Both the position numbers and the translations under genes were made by a program. Below are positions 47,401-59,400 of a stretch of DNA of 64,000 nucleotides, in pieces. The notes beneath the pieces were generated by a model. That model saw only the letters and a list, made by a program, of their open reading frames with translations, was not told the DNA's origin and searched no databases. Source of the DNA: a virus; IMG/VR virus record IMGVR_UViG_3300030419_003599, positions 1 to 64,000 of that record; one strand, 5' to 3'. The stretch's first letter is position 1; each line of letters starts with the position of its first letter.

Positions 47401-50400
47401 AGAAGTATTGACCTTTTAGGTGCAGGAGCCCCTGATTCTCATATTGTCAAAGAAGTAATGCCCGGCGCTCCTGTTGTTAGCGTTACTCTCGGTGGAGTCG
47501 GTCAAGGGGCAGTTAATACTAAGCCGACTTTTGACCCTTCACCATTCACTAGATTGGGCTGGAATACTCGGCGCGATTGCGCTACGCAAATATCAGTAGT
47601 CGGTGCTGCTGGTGGTTCTACTGCTACCCTTACTGTGATACCACTCAATAATGATGCCACTGACCTCGCTTCATGGGGCACCTATTGTTTCCCTAAAACA
47701 GGGAGAATATATCTTGAAAATGGAGGGAGTGCTGAATACCAAAGCAAGACTGGTAGCACATTTGTAGTAGATGGGACAACGACTACTGGGACAAACAAGT
47801 TCCTTAACGGAGACGGTTCAGAAGCCGCTAATTATGCGGCATGGCTTTCGGCGAACACCATTATCGCAGGTACTCTCCTTTTAGTAGATGATAAGTTTGG
47901 AGATGACTCAACATGCAACGATGGTTCTACTATCAATGACCGTATGTTTCAACGAATGGATACAGTAAGTCACGATTATCAATTAGGTAGCCAATATGCT
48001 AGCACTCGCGCTCTCGCCGAAATACCTCTTTTCCCTCATTTGTTCTTTGAGGACAGAGAACGATGTATTACACCGGGGCCAGATAATTCTCTCAAATTGC
48101 ATATAGACGCTACGCACACAGCCCACACTTGGGCTCCTAATCCTGTAGGCCGTAGATGCCCAGATAATCCGCCAACAGACCAAACTGTACATTCTGTATT
48201 TTCTTCCAATAAAGCACTAAAAGCATTGAGAAAAGGCACTCACATTACCCGCACTCTTCTGGATAATAGTGGTACATTAGAAATCTATGTAGAAGAACCA
48301 GAGATGTTTTTAGCCTCTACTACAACTGCTACTACTTTTGGTGGAACTCCTTTGGGGGTCCGATACTTTAGGGCTTTCCTCCAAAATGGAGAATGGATGA
48401 TTTATACTACAGTAGATATGGTAAATAAAAAACTCACCATCCCCGCAAACCTTCAACCAGCAGGCTTCTCTAAACATTTCAAAGACACTCACACGGTAGG
48501 AATGAGGCTTTTCCCCGCTCCCGGATTGTTTGATGAAAATGTCCCTGCTATCCGTGACCACCCTAATATTCTAAGCGCTGCTTATGAACGCCGCCGCCCT
48601 TATTACTACGATAGAGCCAATGTACAGACTCAAGGGGGTAATATTGACTATGGGTTAAGACAGTATGTATCTGCAGTTGAGTTTAGGGCGGGACCCCGTG
48701 AAAATCCACATCTCCCTAAAACTAAAACGAAGCGTGCCCGAGCGAAGGTAGTCTCTTGGGACTCTGGTAGCAATTTTTTATTCTTAGATAGCGCTTTAGA
48801 GTTCCCAGAAGCAGGTATTGCTTCAAAATATATGGTTGGGGGAGCCGCCCAATTTATGCACCGTATAGCCTATATTGAGGCGGGTGGGACTGAGCGAACT
48901 GCCCAATATCTCGGTAAGCAAGGCGGTAACCAATTACTCATTTATGCTCCTACTATAGGGGCTGGTTGGAATCCTTCCGCCGGAACAGAAGTTTTCGTTA
49001 AAGCGATAGAGAATGTCAGTGCTACCGCATATCCCCAAGAAATAGAAGGGCCACTGAATGCTTCTTGGGAACATCCTTACGCAGCCGGTGGATTACGAGA
49101 TGGCGATACTATTTGGATGAATATGCATTACACTAATCCTCATGCTGTAGAAGGATTATTCTGCAAAAGTCGCGGCACTTTCAATGAAGCGAAAGTGAGT
49201 GCTCACTTTAACGGAGGGGAAGGGGCATTGGCTTCGCGCCCTAGAGATAGTATCCCGCTTGAGAACTTCCTCATTGGTAATGACTGTTTAGAAACGGCGC
49301 GCAATATGGCGCAGCATGTCAATAAAACGATAGAATTGAATTGGACTGAACTTGGTCGCGATGACGCTGTCCCAGTCGTGGCTTTTGTAGACCCCTACCA
49401 AGCCACTGAAACTTTTGCTCGTGTTTTACTCTATGATGTAGCGCATGATAGAGAGTTTGTCGCTATGCAAGATATCCATATGCAAGTACAAAGTAGTCCT
49501 GCTACACCGAAAATAGGAACTGGCGCTTTACATGAAGACCCCGATGACACAGGGAGTGGTTTTGATGGAATTGCTACTACAACAAACTACAGCACACAAT
49601 TGGATGTAGCCGCTGGATTTGAAAGCGAAGATAAAACGCTACGCCCTAATACTCAATCTGATTTCATGGAAAGCGCTTTTACTCACAATTCAGTTTGGAA
49701 TAGCCAATTGGCATTGGCGACAGCCACTGCCTCTCATATTGACCATGAGCATCATACTCAAGACGCAGGTTGTTTAGGTGATGGGTCATTCCCTCGTACC
49801 GCCGAATCTGTTTGTTGCCCTTCACAGGCAGCGACTAGACATATAGATTCGCAAGCCCCCGCGAGTCCAATTAATGAATACGCCACTTTCTTTGATACCC
49901 CTGAAGGGACAAGAGCGATTCCTGCTTTCCTTTGCTTAAAGGGGATACGAAACCAAACACTTGATTTATCTAATCACAGGGAAAACCGACTTCAACATCT
50001 TCCTCATTGGACTCAAATGGATTTCGTGCGAAGGCTCACAATTGATTGCGGTGAAGTAGGAGTCAAAGAAGGTGTAACTGATATTGAGGCCGCCGCTAGA
50101 GAAATAGTTCGCCTCATCAATCAAGGAGGGGCGCTCAATGGGCGCACACACGCCCGCAGACCGGCTGACCAATATCCGGGTGAAAGCGAAAGACTTGACC
50201 TCGCTACTATAGGCCCTAATCCTGACGCTGCCCATTCTGACCTTGACTCATCTGCCCCACATTTATTTGCTGATTTCTCTGCTACTGGTAGTACTTTTGA
50301 CCCAGCGCCATTCTGGGATGAAGAAAAATCGTTCTCATCATATGATAGAGGTACGCATATGGGATATATCCGTGCTCATATTGGCCGTGTAGTAGAAGAT

Positions 50401-53400
50401 TCTGAAGGTAACGAAGGCTATACTGTCGTTATCCATAGCACAATACCCGGGGCGAGTGGTCGCAATTTCTGTGTATGGCTTGATAACGCTCGCGGTCAAT
50501 CATCATACCGACCAGAGTTCCTTATCGGCCATGGAGGGCGCTTCCGCAATTTCTGGTGTAAGCCCGATGAAGTGCTAATGGAGAATATGCATCCAGCGCC
50601 TATGCCTATCAATAAAGATGGGCGGCCATTCGCCCCAATAACTACTCTTAATGAATACCTCCCTCCAGAAGAGCCTGAAGATGAGTTCCGCAATAATTTG
50701 AATTATGGTTTAATTTCAACAGCGGGAGACCCCGTAACTAATGCTAATAATGAAGCAGTAATGGGACGAGTTCAAAATACTGTTTACCATGATTCGTTTG
50801 AAGGACAAAGCCCTGATTCAGTCCTTACCGAAGGTTTGCGTATGGGTACTCATTCCCATGCTCGCATCAATTTTGGTGGATTAGTGGCAACAGGTGTCCC
50901 CGGCTTTTCACCTGATGCAGGTCAATGGGGTATGGGTAAAAATGGTAACACCCGCTATATACACACTTACGGCAAAAATATAGCAGCGGCTACTAGTGTC
51001 GCTTACACATCAGGTACTACTGGGTCACGCCATGTACCAGCAGCAGATGTGACTGATGATGCTATAGGTAGTACTAGTGAACTCTACGGTCTGCGTTTTA
51101 CTGACCACATAGGGCGAACCCACACAATCCGGTTCATTTATTCACAATTTGGAGAACCATTCGTAAATGAAGATTCTTTATTACCCCCTACAATAGATAA
51201 CGAAATCTGTATTTGGATAGATGACCGCGATTGTGCCCAAGGCGGTTTTACAATTGGTAGGCATATGTGGGGAGCGGGAGAAGTATGCGGGCGTCTTACT
51301 GGAACTAGTGGTAATAATTGGGTAGGAAATGAGTGGAGAGGATATCCATCCCCTGCGTCTGGTATCCATGTAGCGACTGCCTCAGTATCAAGCACTGCTG
51401 TCACTATGACTTTTACTGAACCTTATCACACTGGCAGCAGTCTAACAAACGGAGATATGTTAGGATATTTAGGATTCCCCGATTCAGGCGTTTTCCAATA
51501 TAGTAATGGTAATACTCGCACAGATACTTTTTCCTATACTCACCGTACTCATAATAGTGCATCGGGCACCCATACTTTTTACGGAGTATCTGGTGATACA
51601 TCCCTTTTAGTTAATGATAGAGTCATCACTTCTCGCATTAATTGGACTACCTTATTGACAGATGAAGTTTTAGCCGCTGCTGTAGATTTCGCCATTAATA
51701 TGGAAAATCCTAATTCAGAAAGATTGGCAGAGACTTCTTTTGATTGTACTAATTTAAGGGCAGCAGATGGTAAAACTCTAGGTGAGTGGGGTGTATCACC
51801 TACCGCCATCCGCGTGCGCGCGCATAGCCGTAATCATGAGGTAATGCCTTTACGCTGTTTATTTGAAAGTACTCTCGGGAAAGATTGGGGGCTTAACGCC
51901 AGTAATCTTGATAGTGAATTAAGCGATGCCAATATCACTAATGGTAAGCGTTTTGCTACTGGTTATTTACCGAGCACTGTTCTACATATTACAACGCGTT
52001 ATAGAGGGACAGGAGGGAATACTGCTACTCCTATTCTTGTAGATACAATGAATAATGCGGTAGATACAGAAATATGGAAAGAGAATCTTCGTGGCACTCG
52101 TTACTTGAGTGACCCCGGCGACCTCATTTTACCTAAAATTGAGAATGTCACAATTGAGATTGACCAAGCCACCATTGATACAAGCGCCACTCCTCGCACA
52201 ATGACGGTAGCAGCAGGGTTACAACTTTGGAGACTCTTAGTCCCTGCATCCAATGACACTGATTCTTGGAGTGAAAAGAAAAAGGTATGGCTTGATGACC
52301 AAGATTGGGCAGTAGTAGAAACTACTAACCGAGTACATGCTACTTTCCCCAGTAGAACTGAATTAGTATGGCCATCTACTAATGACGCTGCCATTTCTCC
52401 TGATTGGAATACTAAGATAGAGGCTTTTGATGCTGCTAATATCAATCCGGTATTATCCGCCTATGCTTTACCGGCAGAAGTATTGCAGTTTGATGGTTTG
52501 CGCCTTAAGGGTAGCGAATACGGAGAACCCTTAGTCTATTTCCGAGGAGGGAGAGATAGCCCAGACCACAGCGTCCCTGTCTATTTCGGTGGCGGGTTCA
52601 GCGGTGTAGTGCTTGATATTAATGATGGTACTGCTAATGATTATAGCGACTTCTATACACATCCTTACGCCAAAGGCCCAACTGGTAGCGCGGGATTACA
52701 AAATATTGGAGAAAAATCTACTTCTTATTGTCTTCTTGACTGCGCTGCCATCCTCGCTATGTTCCCCGGCACTCCATTCCTTGATGACCACAAAGGCAGC
52801 AATAACCCTCCCTATTTCAATCAGGATACTATACTCTCTCAAGATACTGATGCAGGCAATAATGCTTCTGCTGCTTCCACAGGTATTACTTATGCTAGTG
52901 GAGGTAATACTGTTAATTGTACTAGACCTAGCCCTGTCATTCTCCGTTTTGGGCATCAGCACGCCCGCTATAGCCCCACAGGAGACGGAGGAGGGAAAAC
53001 TACCTACATTATTTTCGGGCCGGGCCAAGCATTCCCTCATAACACAGCAAGTGTTCAGCCCCAACCTAGCGATATAGTTACTACAGGCAACGGTTGGAGC
53101 AGCGTCCCTGCACCGAATGTCTTTCTCCCTAATGAAATAAGTCACGGAGATTCCACCAGTCGTAGCGGATTCAATGCTAATCTTCCCCCTACTAGGGAGT
53201 TCCAACGAGGTAATGTACAAGGCTGGAATTATGAAACTAATTGGGAACCTGCCCACGGTTCCCCTAATGTGATTTCCGCAGATAACAGCGCTGCCCCCGG
53301 GACAAAGTTTGGTTACGACCAAATGCCGCATAACGGATTATACTATGGCAGTCATTATCAAAATGTGGCTTCATGCACTCCTCCTCCCTATTCGCACCCA

Positions 53401-56400
53401 TTTAATTACTCTCCTTCTTTAGCCAATGCGGCAATCCGCAGGGCTGGATATATTTGGCATATGGATGGCGGTTATCATCCGGGAGGGCATTTCCTTGATA
53501 ATCATATTCTCGCAAATCCATTACACCCTATTGATAATGCAAACATCCCTCATTCTACAGCGGGTAAAAAGCACCCTGCAGGTTATAGAATAGGTAGTCT
53601 ATTGGCGTCTGCTTATGGTGCTACGACACAATACTCCACTGAAGAATATGTAATTATAGATGCTACCCGTGTTCAAAACGCAGAAGAGTTAGCAGCAGTT
53701 CTATCTTGTGGGATTAACGAATGGCCCGGTCGTGACCCCCTCAAGGCTTTGGGTGGCACTTTTTTGCCTTCTTTCCAAAGTGCAAAAAAGCAAGACCGTT
53801 ATGGTTGGGTGACTTTTGACACTGTCGCTGATGGTTATGATGAAGCCTCTGGTTATATTGATGTAGTGAATCCTTATGGTGGAGGTTCTAGCACTATTCC
53901 CCCTATACCTAGATACGGTTGGATTAGAACTAATAAAGGAGGGGCAGGAGTTACAGGATATGGCGCTGGGGCAACTGCCACTTGCGCTCCCTATAATAAT
54001 GTCACAGCGCCTTCTGCTGGTGTATTAAGATTCACTTTAGCGACCAATAGAAGCGGAGCAGCCCGATTGAATGAAACTATTGCCGATTCAGGTACTGACG
54101 CAAACGAAACGACAGTAAGAGGTAATGTCACTAAAGTATATGTGTGGTCTAAATCCAGTTGCCAATTATTCAATAATGGCAGAGTAACTGGTAGCATAAT
54201 CTCTACTGCTACTAGCCAAGACCATATGTGTCGTGTGCATTTTAGTGGGACAGTAGATGCAATTGACCGCACTCGCCCAGTAGGTGCTGTAGGATGGCAT
54301 GGTGAACGCTATTCGTATTTCAACAGCCTTGTTCTTAACAATCCTAGTGACGCATCTACCAATGTCTTTTCGGCTGGTTTAGGCGCTTGGCATCCGTATC
54401 TTGGATTCAGTCCTTATGGCTCTACTTCTACTTGCCAAGGGCCAGTACTACCCAGTAAATATGATGAAAGTACAAGTTCTGTAATAGAGAACGATGGTTG
54501 CCCTCAAGGTCTATCTCCACGCCATTTAGTTGCTGTCACTTATGAATCAGAGATGGCTTTAGCAGCAAAAGCAGATAGAAATGGGACTAAAGCGGCAGGT
54601 GATTGGATTTACGGTAAACAAGGTAGAAGTGGCGCTAGTACTAATTTCGGTGGAACAATTACTGTGGCCGACCAAGTCTACAATCTTGACCGATATGTCG
54701 CTCCCGCGAATGGCGGGCCGAATGTTGAAGCGATGTTCGTTACAGGCCAAACGCAACCAACAAATGGTAACGCTGTAGATACCACATCTTGGTGGCACAC
54801 TCGCGTTACTGCAGCGGCTCACACTAGCCTATCCACACCATGTTCTGCTCCTACTGGTGACCTCTTTTGGGATGACTCCAAAATGAATAGTAACATAATG
54901 CATGCTGACCGCGATAGTCTAAGGACTGATTGCATTCAATTAAACAAGGTCGTATCGGTTACTATAATTAACGGTGGTTCAAATTATAATGCGACTGAAA
55001 CTATTACTATGAGTAATCCTACTGGGGGGACTGCTTTACTTTTGACTATATCTACTGTTAGCGGAGTAAAAGCAGTAACAGGTGTAACTGTGACTACTGC
55101 TGGCTCAGGCTACAAAGTAGGTGATACTCTTACTCAAACAGCCACAAGCGGGAGCGGTACTAATTTTACTTGCAGGGTAACTAGTGTTGGAGATGCAGAC
55201 ACAAGGCCGTGGGAATACTGGAAAAATAGAAGCGCTGGAAGAAACTTCAATGTTGAACATGTAGTTTGGAAGCGAATGGATGGGGGTAATCTCACTATGC
55301 CTGCTTCTAACACACGAGGACTCGGTGGAGTACCGAGAACTACCCGTTTATCTGCGGCTACTGGTTCTATCACTATTGTGGATAAAGGGGGCGGAGCGAC
55401 AGATATTAATCACTTACATAATGCAGATGGGTTTGTACTCACCAATACTGTCGGTTTAGCCAAGGAATATGTGTTTGACAAAACTGGCACATGGGGAGCG
55501 ACTGGTGCCTCCCATGCCAATGGTATTGTTATACAGGTCAATGGGATGTCTGCCGCAGCGGATGTGGCTAACCAAGTGAAAGCAGCGATATTAAGCGCTA
55601 ATGGGCACAATGGCACAATCGCTGCCACTGTCGCTAGTAATGTAGTCAGCCTTGAGCAGCGCACACCGGGCACTGCCGGTAATGTTACGATAGACCCCGG
55701 TAGCACAGCGACCCCTAGTTATATCACATATTCAGGAATGAGCGGAGGAGGAGTTCATACTATGGGTGAAACAATTTATGGTAATTGTAGATTCTCATTT
55801 GAAACTACTAATGCTGCTATGTTCCCAATTATCCAAGCGCAAGAATTAGCCCATCCTCAATTGGCTGAACAACACCCAATAGAATTACGCAATATTCTTT
55901 CAATACCTAATGAAGAGATACAATTCCAAAGTGTCAATGTAGAAGATGATACTGGACAAATCCATATTCTGGAAGGTGGGTCACCTTTCGGTACAGTCAT
56001 TCGTGATTTTGACCATATTGGTGATAGAGCCTCAGAGGGACTTTCCCCGTCTCTTGCTAATAGCGGTTTATCCCCGAATATGCGTATTCGCTTACCTAAT
56101 GCCGATTCTATACCGGGTAATATCATAGTGCGCAGCGGGTTTGACCGCGTGCAATCTTATCAAAATGAGACCTTTGGGAGTGGAGGCATGATGCATCCAG
56201 CGCAACCCGCTCAAGGAGTGAAAGATACTTTCACCAATAATAATGCTCCCGGACCTAGAGCGTGGCCTACTTGGGAAAATAAAGGCTGGGAGCATATTTC
56301 CCAAGACGCAGAAAACATCCGAACAGGAGTTACTTCTGCTCCAGTAGGAGAAGGTACTCGTTTGGCTTTCCCTGACAGCCATAGTCAAGGATGGACTGAC

Positions 56401-59400
56401 CATACGAATGATAATCCGTTAGAAACTGCTTATGAACAACATGACCGTACTCTCTTTTTCCATGTTACTCGTATGGGTCACACTGGCTCTAGTAGAGAAC
56501 CTGTAGTAATTTCATCAAGTAATACTATTTCTGACCCATTAACATACTCTTCATCGGATACTAATACTGTGACAGCAGGGTCTGCCCCTAACGATGCTGT
56601 TTGGAAAAATACAGGAGAACAGACTAGTGATGGTCGCTGGTTTGCTAGAGTGGAGGATGGTACTGGGTCTGGGGCCATTTTCTCTTATACTAACACTTCT
56701 GGTAGCACTTTCACTGGAGTTGTTTTTGACCCTGATTTCTCTACTTTCATATCTGGTAAAACTGGATTGACTATCCGCCCATCATGGTATATACCAGCAG
56801 GCTCCAATCGCTTCTTCGCTGCTCGTAGAATGAGAGACCATTCAGAGATGAGCGGCAATTCACCAGACATGAAGAGATGGGATTGGTCTGCGGCAGGGAC
56901 TCCTCTCAATATGATAACTGCCCCAGAAATGACACCCATGCCTATACCTAGAATGGGTCATCACTATGTGACTCCTACCATGGCTGTAATGCCGGGTCAT
57001 TTCGCCCATCCGTATTATGAGAGAACTTTCAGTAATCATTACGCATGCAGGTCTTCAGGTCATAGTCCTATAGACGAAAGTGGTACAGAATCAACCATTC
57101 CCGGCGCTAACCCATTAGTATGGTTTTCAACACCGACTAACGCTTTACGGCCTAGCGATATACATGGAGGGGCATTTACTCTTTTGACAGAAACTAAGGT
57201 CGCTTACGATGGATATGGTATTGCCGCATCTAAAGGCACTCCCGGAGCAGAAAATGCGACAGGGAGACATATTCTATATCTTGAACCGGCTGGTGCATAT
57301 AGCCTCAAACCTAATTTCCCTGACCCAATGGAAGTGGGCGCTTACCAAATTGTAATACAACCTAATCTGCATAAGCAACAGTTAGGAGGATTCCATAGAA
57401 ATGGTGGAGCAGCCGCCTTACCCGATGGCTCTGTTGTAGAACTTACTGGGCAGCAAGTGAATCTTGTGGTAGGTCTTGATGAAGACTCTTCTAGCCCTAT
57501 GGGTTGCGTTGGGCTTCTTTTAGCCGAAGCCACAATGGCCGATACTCGTGGTTGTGAGATATTCATCAATGAAGTAATGCTTGATTTTGAACCAGACCCC
57601 GGAAGCCAATTCGCTAATATCCCCCCGTTGGGTCTATACAACCCATTAGGGGTGAATGAAAATACAAGCCCCCCATTCAGTCGCCGTAGTCTACCCTATA
57701 GAGCGGGCACTTTTGATAGAGCGACTCCGGGTTACACTATTTCTGTCCCTTGGTGGAGTATATTGCATAAATCAGGGGCAACTCATGCTACATCTACCGG
57801 TTTCCGGCATTTGGAATGGCATAAACCAGATGACTATTATCAATTCTGTAGAGCAACTTACGGGTCTATAGGCTGTCAAATAACTTTGGCTGGTTATCCA
57901 TCTATCTATTTGGATATCTATGAACCCCACCGAAGATTGCGTAGTTTGAACCCTCATTGTGTAGTTCTCGCCGACTCCTCAAGTAGTAGCATTACAGTAG
58001 ATAATAACGAATTATTCCCTGTAAAACCTTACTATGGTGAAGTGCTAGAATATACAGATACTAGTGGGGTTAGACAAACAGCGAGTTATGTGAATAGAAC
58101 TGGCACACTCGCTCATACAATCGCTTCAGGTCCTTCTTCATTTGAGACCGTCGCTGAAATCACAGCGGGCTTTTTCCCTATATCTGCGGGCACAATCCTG
58201 AAACTCTCTCGTGCTTACGATAACTTTGCTACGGGTGATGTTTTCAAGGATTCAGGAACTAGCGCTATTACTCGTGTCTTACCTCAAACTTTGCATGGGA
58301 GTAGAGATACTAATAGCCTCCACCTAGGAGACGCATTCCTTTGTTTATGGCATCCTAATCTTGGTCGCCCTTACACATTCTATAGCGATACAGGGCGCAC
58401 TTTCTATACTAACTCAGGTGCTATAGACGCGCCACAAGATAAGAAAGCATTGAATCATGTACCTGAACACTTTGAAACAATCCATTATCATGACTTCCTC
58501 TATAGTATCAGCAAAGGGCCTTTCTTGTTTGACATGAAAGCAATGGATGCCGCTAACGATGGGACAGTTTATGATGCGACAGGAGTGACAGAGGCCGATA
58601 CGATTGTTGCTGGCGGTTCTGGCTATACCGCAGGGACTGCTGCTACATCAGGGGGTAGCGGGACAGGTTGTACAGTTACTTACACTGTTAGTTCTGGTGC
58701 AGTAAATGGTATTACCGCTATTACCGTGGCAGGCACAGGTTATGTTGTAGGAGATGTACTCACTATAACAGGGGGCGGAGGAAATGCCACTATTAGAGTG
58801 GGCGCTCTAGGGGCATACCCCTCAACCAAACAACCTCAAGGAGATACATCACGCCATTACGCTGGCTTTTGGCCCGGCGGAAGCCGTGGTGGCCCGGCTG
58901 CAAGTAGATTAGATGGTTATGGTTACATCAAAGCAGGATGGGGAGATAATGACTACGGTATGGATTGCATACCATATGCTATACACGGTAGCGGTTCTGC
59001 TAGCGGTTTAGCCCGTACTGCTTATGGTTCTTTGAGCGATGTCCATATCCGTCAAACATGCTTTGGGTATAGATTTGCTGTCCGCCCTCCATACAACAGA
59101 CCCCGCTGGTCACCAAGTGTGCGCGGTATTGACGAAGCCGCTGGTAGTGCTGCCGCTGCCCAACTTCTATCTGGGTATTACCATGGTCCTTTCGTCGCTC
59201 AAGATGATAGAGCGCAAGGGTCAGGTGGTTGGAAGGAGAATGCCAACGCCGCTTTATCTACAGCCGATGTAGCATGGTCTGCCACCGCCACCGGCATTCT
59301 TGAGCGCCAAACTCAAGCCAGCGCTATGCTCGGCAACGACCAAGTTATGCGACAAGTGCGTTATAGTCATGGTCGTAGGATTACTCGTTCTTTTGGGTGC